A stretch of DNA of 64,000 bases from Paramecium tetraurelia (lineage: Eukaryota): assembly GCA_000165425.1 (NCBI GenBank), contig CT868207.1:1-64000 (forward strand), read 5' to 3'. The notes beneath the pieces are model-generated. The model was given only the letters and a program-made list of their open reading frames with translations, had not been told where the DNA came from and searched no databases. A program made the translations under genes and the position numbers. Below, piece after piece: positions 27,239-40,929 of this stretch (the first letter of the stretch is position 1; every line of letters begins with the position of its first letter).

Positions 27239-28585
27239 ATGAAATTTGATAAACTTCATTCTCATAATTCAACTCCAAAAACAGTGGAATTCGCCTCGAC
27301 AACCAAATCAACATTCGTGCCTCCACCTCTGGGATTAGATATTGTCACTATGCCTAATAATAAAATTTTTGACCTCTTCCTAAAGGGATCAATTAGTGCT
27401 AAATAAATGTTAAAAATGGATCATAATGATATTGATAATGTTCCAAGAATTGCACCCAGGCGATAATAAACAAGACATAAATCAATTAAAAAAAATTAAG
27501 CAGATCAAATATTTAGTTTAGTTGAAAGATTTTAACAACAAAGAAAATAATCAGTTATAATTGCATAGAATCCAAAACCCTCGCATCCACCTAAATTATA
27601 ACGGAAAGAAACCTTAATGTAATTGACATCCAGCACTAAAGAACTCATTTAACCAATATAGCAATCAAGATTCAGAGCACCAGTTAGAAAATTTTCATAA
27701 AGGAGCACATCTAGTGGTAAGGAAGAATAATTAATAAAACGATGCGAAAAATTAAGTGGGGAACGCTTGAATGTAGAAGAAAAAGAATTATTACTAAAAA
27801 AAGATATAACAGATGAAGATGCATGGAGAATGATGAACGTGTTTCAAAAGAAAAAATGGTTTTTTGATTATGTACACAGAAATCTAGATCAGTAGTCGAA
27901 ATAGCAATAAAGCTAATAAGAAATCAAAGTGCAAGCTCAACCGATTTCGTTATTCTAAAAATTAAGAAACACAGTGCTCAAGCAAACAGAAGTCAAAAGA
28001 AAACCTGAGAAGCAGTGCTAAGAGTACTACAATCACATTTAAAAGTATATTTATAAGTGAGATAGTATCGAAGATTAAATTAAATACCATGTTTTTAATA
28101 GAGATTTGCCTGAACAAATTAGAAATCAGTAAAAACCGAGTGTGAAAATGTATAGATCTGAATCTGAAGTTTCCAAATTGAACATCAGAAATAAGTTCAT
28201 AGAGGCAGCTGATAAATTTAGCATTAATTAATCCAACCCTTAAGTATTAAAGGATTTTTTTGAAAATGGAAGTCAAACTTGTAGATCCTAACCTAGAATC
28301 TCAAAAACTAAATTAACTTCCAGAAAAGTTCAAAGACCTCAATTATCAAGGGAAAACGATATCTCTCATGAAAGCTAAGGAGATTCTTATAAGAGCATCA
28401 CTGAATTCAGACTCAATGAGTTGTATCATGAAAGTAAATTACGATAAAAATAATATAAATCAAAATATGACACTCCTATTATTGATAATGGGGATTAACT
28501 ATAGAGGAAAGTGAAAAATTTAGTTAGATTAGGTAATTTGTAGAATACCATTTTAAATGTAGTTTCATTTAAACTGTAATAATGA
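27239..28585 (+). CDS. Hypothetical protein
   Basis: Long open frame in ciliate code MKFDKLHSHNSTPK... ending TGA 28583-28585. Confidence 0.7.
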
Positions 28586-28642
28586 ACTTTTTCTAAATTA
28601 TAATGATGTATATGAAAATGTTATTTAATATATTTGATATAT

Positions 28643-30160
28643 ATGCTTTAAAACAAAATTTATTAACCAAATACGCCTAAGAGAGGAGTCTCTCATTCTG
28701 AATCATTTAAGAAAAAACTACTCAAACTAAATCTGGATTCCTTGAAAACTCATGAAACTGAAACTTAAATGAATAGCGATTTACTGACCACTAGTAGAGC
28801 CCATCATAACAAATCTATTAGTTCAACGTAATTTTAAAGAAGAAACAGCAAATACCCAGCAATATTGTAACAGTTATAACAGCAGTACTCAACAGCTTTC
28901 AAAAATAAAGAACTTGATAAGGCAATCGATGCAGTTGTAGATGTTATGATTTTACACGTTGTAAGAGACAACATTTTAGGATTACTTAATGCCTACATAC
29001 TAGTGGCTGAAACCTATTTAAAATTTACATATTATTCATCAGCCATCTAAACCTATACATAATTAGTAATTACAATGATTATTTTAGCTGCATTTATGTG
29101 ACATATGTAATGATGTTGAAGAAGTCTAGAAATCATTTAGGTTAAAAGTGTTGCTTAAACTAAGTAATATAGCGCATAATTTAAAAATGCATGAGACTGC
29201 TGTCAAAATATTGAAGAAATTACTGCAATATTCTTGGCATTTTAAAGATAAGTATTTAGAGGTTGTATGCTTTGACAAACTTGGGTAAGAAGCCTATCTA
29301 CAAGCAAATTTAGAGAAAGCTTAGTTTTATCATTGCAGAGCTATTTGGGGGAGATCAGAGCCTGAAAATTCTAATCATTATCAGATATCTACTTAAAATA
29401 TTGGATAATATTTAAAAAAACTTCCTAAAGGAATCCAACATATTGATCAGAATTTAGTAAGCAAAGCTACTTTCCTGCCATTCACATTTATAAGTTAAAC
29501 ACAGAATTAATAAACTATTAATAATGCTCTTTAATATTATTGCGGAATTGAAATTACTAATTACTATTTAAAAAATATGAATGTTATTAAATAGCCACAT
29601 AGATTTTTATCTCATGTTACTCCAGAAGCAAGTTTTTAAAAATTATTCATTACTTCCTAATTTGAATTTGAAATTTCTACTCCCAGATAAGCTAAGTAGG
29701 ATTCTCATTCGAACGATCTATTAAGAATCAATCCTTAAGATTTGTTTATTTCAGTCCTTCAAAATTCAAATGACAGGGAAGAGGTCTTATATATGAACAA
29801 AGTCAAGTAATAGAATAAAATGGGAGGATTTGTATGATATTATTGATATTTTAGATTCCTCCCACATCTTATCGAATTTAAAGAAAGGATTAGCCTAAGA
29901 TTGATAAAAAGCTATTGAAATAGCCTTTAATTAAGATGATAAATGAAAGATTAACCAGTCAACAAAATTTTACAGAAATAATTGAAGAAAGATATCGTGC
30001 TGCTCGGATGAATCATAGTAGAGTTCCACTTAAGGATCAAGTGAGGATTTCTCATTTAAGTCCAAATAGAGATTTACTAAACTATGGAGAATGTTTATAG
30101 GCCACGGCTGATCCAGATTAAATGTTTATTACTAATATACTCTTTTGATATGAGGTCTGA
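28643..30160 (+). CDS. Protein with TPR-like helical repeats
   Basis: AVKILKKLLQYSWHFKDKYLEVVCFDKLGQEAYLQANLEKAQFYHCRA; TGA 30158-30160. Confidence 0.7.
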
Positions 30161-30251
30161 TTTTTTAATTTTTCAATACTTTTAACTAATAATAATAATT
30201 AAATTAATTTAAATTGAACTTCATATCTTTATATAAACTTAAATATTTTAA

Positions 30252-31872
30252 TCAGCGACTATTTAGATACCATTTTTTCTAATTTGATAGAAATGCATTA
30301 TTATTAACCAACTCATGGAGAAATTGCAAACGTAATTCGGATATCTGTTTAGGTCCTACCTCGAAATTAATCTCAGTAACGCTAATATCAGTATGTTTAA
30401 TCAACTGCATTGAATTGAATAAAGTATAAATTGAACAATCATATGCATTTCTTTATTGAGGCACTTTTACTACCTTTTATTTAGGTTCCAATTCTAAGAA
30501 GTTTGCAGATTATTCAATAAAACAAGATTAGTTCCTCAATTGACGTTACTTTTCTCTGAATAATGAATATATTTTGCTTATTTATCGGCCTACAATTTCA
30601 TCACTCCAAGTAGAATTCATTGAATTTAAAATATAAATGGTATCTTCTTCGATACAAATGCAAATAAAATGACATCTATCAACATTTATCAAAATTACTA
30701 ATCTCAAACTTTTATTTTCTTAACAATTTATAGGATTAAAAAATTGATTAGCATACTCCAAATTAATTTAGTCAACTTGAGTGATCTAGCTGGAAAATAT
30801 ATCTTAAGCTTATCTTGTATCCATGAGAACAATTTAGTATTTTGCTTCCCTATGATTAATTAGTTATTATTGTGGATAATATTGTCTAATAAAATAATCA
30901 ACTAAAATCTGGTTTAACCATCCACCATCAAATAGAGCCTTAGCAAAGTTAGGAGTAATATGAAATTCATCTGAAACTACAATTGGTTTAATATTTCTAA
31001 AATCGGATCCGTCTCCAGGACAGGACTGAACCTTCTACTTCTAAATATCAAATTCAGAATATGTAAATTTAGCACTTGGAATTGTGTAAAAAAATTAATC
31101 ACATTCAAATAGCATTTATCTTTCCTAATTACTTAGTTTACCTTATCCTCTAGGGATTAGATATACAGGATCTATGAAACCAAGAAATTTGTCCCAAATT
31201 TTACTATCATTTGGTCTTTTTGCGATAAATGATTACTCTTATTGCATTTTTCCTGTAAATTTCAACATACTCTGATTAATCACATCGGAACATTAATTCC
31301 AGAAATTTTGAATTAAGTATTCATTTTCATTATAATAACAATGAGAAGAATTTTTGAGTAACATGGTATTTTGAGAATTAGTAATTGAGCGAATTCTAAA
31401 TATTTGATATTAAATACATGTTATGGTTGGGAAGCAACAATAATGTAGAATATTCAGTTGATCCAATTTTATGAATTACCTTATGAATAGGTTTTTAAGT
31501 AAACCACATTTTTTTAAAAGCAGCAATCCACTTTTCTAATTAATCCCAATCCTTCTCTTCAAATGTAATTCGTTTAGATTAATAGTATATTCCAAATAGA
31601 TATCTCATAAACTCAATTACTTTTTTTTCTGTGAGCTCTCTTTATTTGTTTTACAAAAAACACGTATTCATTATTTAAATGGAATGATTTGTATCTTTTT
31701 TGATTAATACTTATGAAAGTTCAATTTTATGATAAAAATCATAATACAATATTAGTGTTCGAAGTAATTACGCAAATTAGTTATTTCCTACCTAAGTATT
31801 AAGTAGTAGCTATAAACATTCTTTGTGCTCTATATTTTTGATTTATTGAGTGAAGAGCTAATATGCATCCAT
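30252..31872 (-). CDS. Ulp1/SENP-like cysteine peptidase (clan CE, C48-like)
   Basis: GWLNQILVDYF, INVDRCHFICICI (His), YILNSM, VPQQRNAYDCSIY (oxyanion Gln, catalytic Cys), ISELRLQF. Confidence 0.8.
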
Positions 31873-31926
31873 CTAATAGAGTATTTCTATTATGTAATAA
31901 ATATTAAATTTCAATTATATAATTAC

Positions 31927-32464
31927 ATGAAAGGATTTTTGTAAAAATTAATGGGTTAACTCAAATAGGAACCCAACCTAACCCAAGCTGGGTAATTCTT
32001 CAAAAAGGTTAGTGGGACTAGCACTCACTAGTAGAATGCGAGTAATCCTCACATTGTAGATAAAATTGAACAATTGAATAGAATAATAATTTAAGGGAAA
32101 TAAAGAGACTTCCTGATGTTTAGGATTAGATAAGTAATTACAGAGGCATAATTGGGGCATAACATATCTCCAAAGCTTTAAGATGCTTGCGAAGTAGTCC
32201 ATTATGCATTATTAAACAATATTCCAGTTTTAATATCAAAGGTGAAATTAGTGCATCCAGAATTTGACTTGTCAGATTAAGTTAGTTTATCAATTTATGA
32301 GATAGAAAATAGTAGATGAAAGAGAATTTGAAAAGTAAAAAGTGGAGGCGAATCCAGAGTTAAAGTCAGAAATTGAAGTAGATACCTTTGCCAATAAAGA
32401 TTAGACTGAATATTATGACAATTCAAAGCATAAATGGAAACAATAATAAAATAAGAAGAGATGA
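31927..32464 (+). CDS. Hypothetical protein
   Basis: MKGFLQKLMGQLKQEPNL... open to TGA 32462-32464. Confidence 0.6.
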
Positions 32465-33085
32465 ATTTGAAATTGAAATTGAATGTTTTAGAATATTTGT
32501 AATATAATTATTGAAATATTTGCATTTATTTAATAGTAGAGTATGCAGAACTTCATCATCTCTATCACAAGTTTTATAATAACATGATGAATAGAATATT
32601 GAAGTATGTTTAGAATGAAAAATATAAAAAATACTTTTGGATAATTACATAATCGTAATAGATTGAAAGTTAGTGGAAATAAAGTAACAAAATAAATAGT
32701 TTTAAGAAACATTAAGAATCACTGTAATTTTTATGTGAGAATATACACTTATATAATCAAGTTAGATGAAATATTTAGGATACAATATCAATTATTTTCA
32801 TTTACACTAGGATAAGAGAGTAGAAATTAAGTTCTGAATCAATACTTATTTTTTCAATATACAACAGACTTTCTTAATATGGCTATGGATATTATAAAAT
32901 ATAGAACAAATATCAAAGATATCATATAATGCTTAGAATATTCATATTGCTCTAACAAATAGTGTTAATAGAGCATTAGATATCTGATTTATTTCGCACT
33001 TTTGGATTGAATATAATTAAGTCTTTCTATAATTTATATTCAGAAATACACATTAAATATTTAATATATTTATATAAATATACAT

Positions 33086-34302
33086 ATGAATTAATTGAAA
33101 GACACAATATAGGAATATATGAATAGAAATGTTAAGCCAATTTTTGATTAACTATTAGCTTAATTACTGCTTGCTAGACCTGATGATATTGTGAGTTGGT
33201 GTATTAATTGGCTTTAACAATTATGTAAGGAATATATGATTATAAGAATCGACAAACTCTAAAGCAAAACACTCGGAAGCATAGCATTATCAAAGTGAAG
33301 AAGAAGAAGATGAAGAGGATGAGGTTTTACCTATTTAAAAAGAAACAAAAAAAACAAATAGAACAGGAGTTTCAGCTGAAGTCTATGGGTAATTTAACAA
33401 AAAAGAGGATTTCAAACCAAGAGTCATTGAAAAAAATAAAGATTAAATTGACAGAATTAGGAAAAAGATTTTAAATTCATTCCTATTTTAAGCATTAGAT
33501 GAATAAAATCTACATACCGTTATTGATGCAATGGAAGAGAAAAAATTTTAGTAATTATTTTTATTTTTCACAATATTTTAGACCTGGAGATTATGTCATT
33601 CGTCAAGGAGATGATGGAAATGAATTGTATGTGATTGACGAAGGTGAATTAGAATGTACCAAGAAATTCCCCAATCAACCTCAAGAAAAGTTCTTAAAAA
33701 AGTATTTGCCTGGAGAATCCTTTGGTGAACTTGCTTTATTGTATAATGTACCTCGTGCTGCAACTATTAAAGCAATTTAACCTGTAATAGCTTTTGCTTT
33801 AGATAGAGCAACTTTTAACAATATTGTGAAAGATGCAGCTATCAGAAAGAGAGAATAGATGGAATAGATCTTAAACAAAATTGAACTCTTGTAGTCAATG
33901 GACACTTATGAGAGATTATAGTTCTGTGATGTTTTGAGAGAAGTCAAATATCTAAGAGGAGATAAAGTTATTAAATAGGTTTTAATAATATTTTAATTTC
34001 TTAGGGAGAATAAGGAGATACAATTTACTTAATTGCTGAAGGAGAATTGGAAGCATACAAAGATGGTTAGCAAGAAAAGGTTTACGCCTACAAATCAGGT
34101 GATTATTTTGGAGAATTAGCATTATTAAAAAACACACCTAGATAAGCAACCATTATAGCAATAGTAATTATTTAGTTATACATTTTTATAGTCAGATTGT
34201 ACTTTATACTATTGTGATTTTAAATCATTTACAAGAATGATGGGTCCATTGGAGTAAATTCTAAAAAGAAATGTTGAAAGATACGAGCATTTTCTTAAAT
34301 GA
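33086..34302 (+). CDS. PKAR: cAMP-dependent protein kinase regulatory subunit
   Basis: N-terminal dimerisation/docking-like helix pair, RTGVSAEVYG inhibitor site, two cNMP domains (FGELALLYNVPRAATI; FGELALLKNTPRQATI). Confidence 0.95.
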
Positions 34303-34599
34303 ATGTTATATTTATCAAAAAAAAGTTGCAATATATTCATAATTATTCAATGTTGATCTTCAATAATATTAAATCTAAAAAACATATCTAGAATATAAAG
34401 TGAATTAATTAGCAATGAAATTAATATAGATTTTAATTTTCAAATTGAAAAGCAGAATGTAAAATGATTCAAAAAAAATCCCCTTAACTGTTTCAATAAT
34501 ATAAAAGCATATACCTAGCTAAATTAATAATGTATATTATACTCCCATTATCCTCAACAATTGAAAGATGAATAATATACATGATATTATATAATATTT

Positions 34600-35450
34600 A
34601 TTTCATCTATACACTTTAATGTATCTTATTTTATTTTCTTCAACAATTCTGCTCTCTTTCTTAATTCTTACTTCTTCAACTCTAATTCAAAAGGTCTCTT
34701 TTAATCTATGACGAATTCTGTCTAAGGATATTGATTAACTCTTTATTTACCATATCTGTAACTAATGGACCTTTTTTTACTGCTAGGCCTTGCGATTTAC
34801 TATCGGTTATTATTAGACTTGACTTGATAAAATTTCTTCCTCTTGAAACGATATTAGAATTTACACGTTATCTTAAATGTGATATTAATTTTATCCTATA
34901 GCTTGAATAAATTCTTCCTCTTGTTAAATTTTAATTTTAGTCTTTTCAACAGCAATAGACATCGCATAAGCATACTCAAGTTCTCCTTGTATTCTTTGAT
35001 TTCCATTTCAGGATTTTCTCCACCCTTCTGTAAGATATATCTTTATGTCTATTTTGTATAATTCTTCTAAAGCTTCATCTTTCAATTCCTTGTTTATTTT
35101 TAACATCAACCTTTACTAAGAAATTCTCAACAATCAACAATTACTCAAACTACTTTTTATGATTTTTATTTTTTAATCCTATTTCGAAGCATTTCCCAAT
35201 TATTCTTCATTCTCAACACCTATATCAGTCAATAATTATTCAATCATAGCCTTAATCATACTTTTGAATTTCTAGTTATGATGTAGTTCTCACCTGATAA
35301 TCAGGAATAATTGATAACTTTTATAAAACCAATTCAGAAATGCTATTTTTTTAATAAGAATTAAAATAGAAGCATCTTAAAGATGAACTATAACTCTTCC
35401 AAAAGGAAATACCTGATATTATTGTACAATAATCTTGATAAGAATACAAA
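34600..35450 (-). pseudogene. Frameshifted BART-domain (CFAP36/CCDC104-like) relic
   Basis: Pieces HNQKFKSMIKAMIEQLLTDIGV / KKQFEQLLIVENFLV / LMLKINKELKDEALEEL lie in different frames without introns between them; boundaries approximate. Confidence 0.55.
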
Positions 35451-35831
35451 TCTGATTATAATCTAAAAATTAAAAAATATCTTATATTAACTTTTGTTAA
35501 GTAAATTATATCAAAATTAAATTATTAGATATTTGTCATAAAAGGATTGCTTACTAATTTATTATCACTTGTTAAGTCTCTTTTAGATTTCTTAAGCTTA
35601 ATTATTTAGATAGATTTTTTTCAATTCTTATGCATCAATTAATATATTAGTATAATTATTTCATTAAATGTTGTAAATTATTCTATTAGATATTGCAAAT
35701 CAACTCCTTTGATTTTTATATATTCATAATTGTATTGTATTTAGTCAATTCAAGCAGATAAATTAGTTATTTATAATATATATATTTTCTCAGACAATAA
35801 ATTCATATAATTAAATAAAAGATATTAAATT

Positions 35832-36183
35832 ATGGGTGTTAGAGTGACATATAGAAGAAGAACATCATACAACACAAGATCCAATAAAATTAGAAAGGTC
35901 AAGACACCAGGTACATTGATATGTGTATCATTTAGGTGGTAATGTTGTTGTCCAATATCCCAATAAAAAGACAAGTGCCTCTACCTGTGCTGACTCAAAT
36001 TTGAATGTTGTTCTTAATGGACTCAAAAGAATCAGACCAACCAAGCTTAAGCAACTTGCAAGAAGATAAAGAACAGTTTCACGACCATATGGTGGTGTTT
36101 TAAGTGCTGGTGCTTTAAAAAACAGAATAATTAGAGCATTTTTGGTTGAGGAAGTCAAAATTGTCAAACAAATCAAAAAATGA
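35832..36183 (+). CDS. RPL34: 60S ribosomal protein L34 (eL34)
   Basis: [50 protein letters not shown]; one intron. Confidence 0.97.
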
Positions 36184-36320
36184 TACATATAGTTCTATGT
36201 TTTAGTACATTAAATACACAAATACATGATCTTAGAGACATCTGTTCAGTTTTCTTTATTTGAAATAAAAAATTCATAATTTATTAGAAATAATAGTGAA
36301 GTAGGTAAAATATTAAGTAA

Positions 36321-36987
36321 TCATTAAAATCTATCGGTCTAAGATTTCTCTAAGAAGCTTAGACGATTTTCCTTCCTTTATTGTTAACATTGTTATTCAA
36401 TTCTTTGTTTGAATACTTTTTCATTTTTCTTTCTTAACCATTCTTCTTGTTTTGAATGGAAATCTTGAGATCTCTATCTCGTTATTTTTTACTCATTTTT
36501 TTAAATTTTAATTTCTTTGATTGGCTGTTGCGATATCTTCCTCTATCATATTTGATTGAATATTTTACAGCCAATTTGGTAAAGTTAATATACTCAACAT
36601 TTTCTATTTCTTTATTTTGCTTAACGTTTTCCATTTATTCCAAAGGTTATCTTATTATTTCAGGTTCCTTGTTGGATTTTAGGATTTATTTCTGTTCCTA
36701 TTCTTGAGGTATGGGTTTTGGGGAATTCTAACGAACTTTAAAATTTGGAGTTAAAGCTTTGGTTAGACTTTCTACGATCTCTTTTGAAATCCTCTGAAGC
36801 CCAATCATGGTGTCCTTATGAGAATGCTGACTATCTTGAATGTTAAAGAAAGTTTTACTTCTTGGACTATGTATATTGGATTTATGTTCTTTGAACTTCG
36901 CATTTCCAGATAATACTACATAGAATATTAAAAAATACTTCTTTTGGTTCTGTGTTCTGAGAAAGCATAAACTTGTTTCCAATTCAT
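36321..36987 (-). CDS. Hypothetical basic protein
   Basis: MNWKQVYAFSEHRTKR, intron, then LSGNAKFKEHK... to TGA at 36321-36323. Confidence 0.65.
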
Positions 36988-37065
36988 TTATAGAAAGAGT
37001 TTTATTAATAAGTATTAGATATAAATTATTAATAAAAGAAAAAAGCCCTTTGCTTTCTTCTATTT

Positions 37066-37412
37066 TCATTAATTGATTGTGGCTTTCTCGTCTTTTTGAT
37101 TATCTTCCCTCTTATCTTCATCGATAAAGACTTGATGCTTGCTTTCTTCTTCGAACTTAAAATTTTTCTCTCTAGGCCTTCCCCTACTTCCATAATGCTT
37201 ATCACTTGGTATCTGAGTCCCTGCAGGAGGCTGCCCTTCATGCTTGATCCTTTTTAGAGATATGAATAGGATTACTTCAAATGAGTGTACAATGCAGGAT
37301 AACTGTAGTAACCACGCCCACAACCGCATTTATAAGGACGAGGAGTTTCATCATGCTTAGTGCATCTTCTAATTCTTTTCTTTGCACTTGGATGGTCTTG
37401 TTACTCAGACAT
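37066..37412 (-). CDS. Small C2H2 zinc finger + AT-hook protein
   Basis: YKCGCGRGYYSYPALYTHL..KHEG followed by RGRPR. Confidence 0.8.
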
Positions 37413-38135
37413 CTCTTAAATTTATTATTAATTTATTTATATAAATTTCAATGATCATATTTATGTAATTTATAGTTTTTGATATCAAAATTAAGTATGA
37501 TTACTGTATTATATCATTTTATTTCCCAGATGGTTCAGAATCTCAAATCCCTTTAGTCAATCAAGTTATCATTTGTTTGATCAAATTTTTTAATAAATTA
37601 TAATTTACTCATAATTTTTAATAATTATAGTTTACAAAATTGGCAACTGAAATGCGTTTCATGACCTAATCTAGAAATTAGAGTTAATGATGTGAACATA
37701 AATATTGAAATTTCTAAAAATAGATTCCAGATATCCAGAAACTCAAACAATTAATGGGTTCTCTAGATTGATGAATGTTTCTATTCAATTTGTTAGCAAT
37801 TTATACATTTTGCACACAGTATTATTATAATTGGTGAAAAATAAGGAAAAACTTAATTTCTAGAATTATATAATTTAATGAATAAACTATCATATTATAC
37901 AGGATCATAAAGTTTCAAATATCAATTCTATATGATTATGTCAGAATGCTCTATGAATTGGTTATATGGAAGTATGCCATATTGATAAGTTTTGAAAATT
38001 TTGCCATTAATTTATAATTAAATAATGCATCATGTTTTTGATTAAATTTACAACATCCACCCATATTATCCAATTTAATACGCACTTAGTTGAGTATAAG
38101 CTGTAATTTTATAATGATTAAATGGTTTAAATAAT

Positions 38136-39112
38136 ATGTCTGAAACAACTTAATGGATTTATAAGAGCAAAGAACTTTTGAAACCAATTGTGGAGACTCA
38201 ACTCATCGGAGTGTCAAGAGCAATCTTAGGATTACCGATGGATCATTTCTTTGATCGCTTTAAAACTTTGATCTAGGCTTCCTAAAATAGCAATTTCAAA
38301 CAAGTAAACATTTATAGCAATTATAGCTATTTTTTGAAAGTTACTATCGAAATGGAATCTTTCGTGGAATATTCGCAGGGTTCTCATCATAAATAAGCAT
38401 TTAATTATTTAAATAATACTATAGGTAAATTCTCAAGCATATTTAGATGGCCTATGATGATTTTTATCCCTAAGTTTTATATGGAAGTCTTGCCCACAAA
38501 GATTAAGGAGTGGGCTCCTGCACTTCATAAAGGATTGGCTGGAATAACGATTGCTTTGTTTGAGTCCCTTGTAACTTGCCCATTCGAACGAGTTAAATGT
38601 TAATTAATGACTTAATAATAATCAAAATCAGGTAGTAGATCTCAGAAATATTCCTAGTTCTCAAGTATATGTGGCAACACGATGGAGGAATCAAAGGGTT
38701 TACTAGAGATTTGTTCACTGGCATGGAAGTCATGGTTCTGAAATAAGTTGTTTCCTGGACAAATTATTTATATTGGGATCATAGGGTTAGATATTTTTTC
38801 AAGGAACGTCCATCATCAAAATTGACAGTTTAAGAGATTGTCCTTTGTTCTATTTTTACTGCAATTCCCAATATCATCATTGTGTAACCATTTGATATGA
38901 TTAAAACATAATTTTAAATGGAAAATAATCATTAAATAAAACATCTATCAATTTGGAATGCATTTAAAAAAGTGTATTTAGAAAAGGGAATACCTGGTTT
39001 TTATGCTGGTTGGTAGATGAGATTTTGTTAATTCATGTTCTAAGCATTACTAACAACTCCTGTTATGGATTACTTAGAAAGATAACATGGCATCCCATTG
39101 GAAGTGTTATGA
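38136..39112 (+). CDS. Mitochondrial carrier family (SLC25) protein
   Basis: Three signature-like motifs FFDRFKT, CPFERVKC, QPFDMIKT; GIPGFYAGW. Confidence 0.9.
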
Positions 39113-39406
39113 TCATTTATATGTAATTTATTTTATACTGAATGGTAAATCTTATAAAATCTATCTAATTAAAACATTTCAGTATCGTTCGATTCTGAAA
39201 AACTGAAAGTTGTTAGTGAATTAATTAATTAGCTCTCACAATGTAAACTTAACAATAACAAACTTCTTGCATTATAATATATTATAATTCTTATTATATA
39301 GTCTACACATCTTTTCCTTGGAATTAAAAATTATGGAGTTAGAAAATTAAAATACTAATGATGAATTAGCAGGAATGTATTGATGTTGAATTGCCATAAT
39401 TTTAAA

Positions 39407-40904
39407 TCATTAATCATCTGGATCAGCTTGCTAGTCTTATCCATCTTAACCATCTTGACCTTCAACTTTTTCTGGCTCAGGGGGTTTGGGTGGATTTTTA
39501 GGATTTGGTTCAGGAAATTCTGATTTATCTTCTGGTTCCAATTATAAGTCATTGTTTTGGATGGGCACATAAGCTGCTTGTGTATCTTTGAATCCATAAC
39601 CAACATAAAAAAAAGCCCATTGATTTTGCTAAAAAAATTGTTGTTAATAATACATTGGCAACTGTAACAGCCCCGCTCCAAGTGTAGTTTTTAAGTATGA
39701 CAGTTGCATAGACATTGTTGCCAGAATTTTCGTCTTTAGGTGGATATATCATTTAATCTCCGAAAGTTTTAATTAGCCAATTAGTTTGATAAAATGGTTC
39801 GAGTGGACGATCTTCAGCAATTCCCTTTAATCTTGTTGTTTCACTATCAAGATCTGGATTAGCCTCTAGTAAAGCCTTTTATTCATCATCAGATAATCCA
39901 TCTGTGTATAATGTTATTCTTCCTTATTTTAATATTTATGCAGGAACATGAACCCAACTGTCTGGATTTTACAACTCAGCAAATTCTGGAATTTTGAAAT
40001 CTTCTACAAATTCCAATTCCTTAGCTAGATAGATAGATAAATGTATTAATTACGATTATCATCTTTTTATTGATAAAGTCCTTTTGGTGCAATTAGATTA
40101 GCATGTAGAATCCTTACTAATTGGGCTTTTAAATAGTGTTTTTCTTTTCCAGGAAAAGGAGGATAAGTTTTTAATTCTTAATTCAAATTTCCTGTACAAA
40201 CATATTTTATTTCTCTAGCCACTTTAACTTAGTCTGGTGTTACCAATGGTAATTCATTCCAATCAGTCAATACTAAGGATTTAGGTGTTAATTACTATCG
40301 TTTGTGACCCAGAAAGTATAGTAATTTACACCATCTCCCCTGGGTTCAGCATTAGGGGCTAAATAATCGGTTGGTAATTTAGGGACTACTCCTCTGGCCA
40401 CATAATAATCAGAATTCCTACATAGTATCTTTCCAAAGAATGTCATCTCAGTTGCATTAGTTTCAATCTGAAAATAGATATTGATATTTACACTTAATTA
40501 CTTAATGCTTAATTGGATCTAGTAGGTTTCTTCCTCTCCAAAACCATAACCTGCAGCTTCTAACAATCTGGCTGATGAAACAAAGTCTTATAAAATAGTA
40601 GGCATTTATGCAACTGTTTGACCCTACAATTTAATAGCCATTATACTTTCAGTAATTGTGAAACCCTCTTTACCCAATCCGCAAATTCAGGGATTTTGTC
40701 TTTAAGATTATTTACTTCACTTTCAGATGACAATTTTTTGAAAAGAAATCTATTTTTTTTTGTGAAATCCGATAAGAGTTCGATTGAGTTCATATCCTTG
40801 TGATTGCTTTACAAGACTTCATTAATGAAGCTGTTAATGTGATCAAAAAGGGTGACACCGTTGACATCTGTGTGAGATTTCAAAACCTACGATAATTTAC
40901 TCAT
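39407..40904 (-). CDS. RSPH4: Radial spoke head protein RSPH4/6-like
   Basis: FFGKIL..DYYVA, GVNYYTFWVTN, WNELPLVTPDQV, YPPFPGKEKHYLKAQLVRI, WVHVPAQILKQGRI, TWSGAVTV. Confidence 0.9.
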
Positions 40905-40929
40905 TAATATATATATAATAAAATTTCAT

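Noticed and set aside
35832..36183. eL34 lacking most zinc-binding cysteines
   Set aside because: Cys-poor eL34 variants (YGGVLS type) are known in other eukaryotes such as plants; not novel
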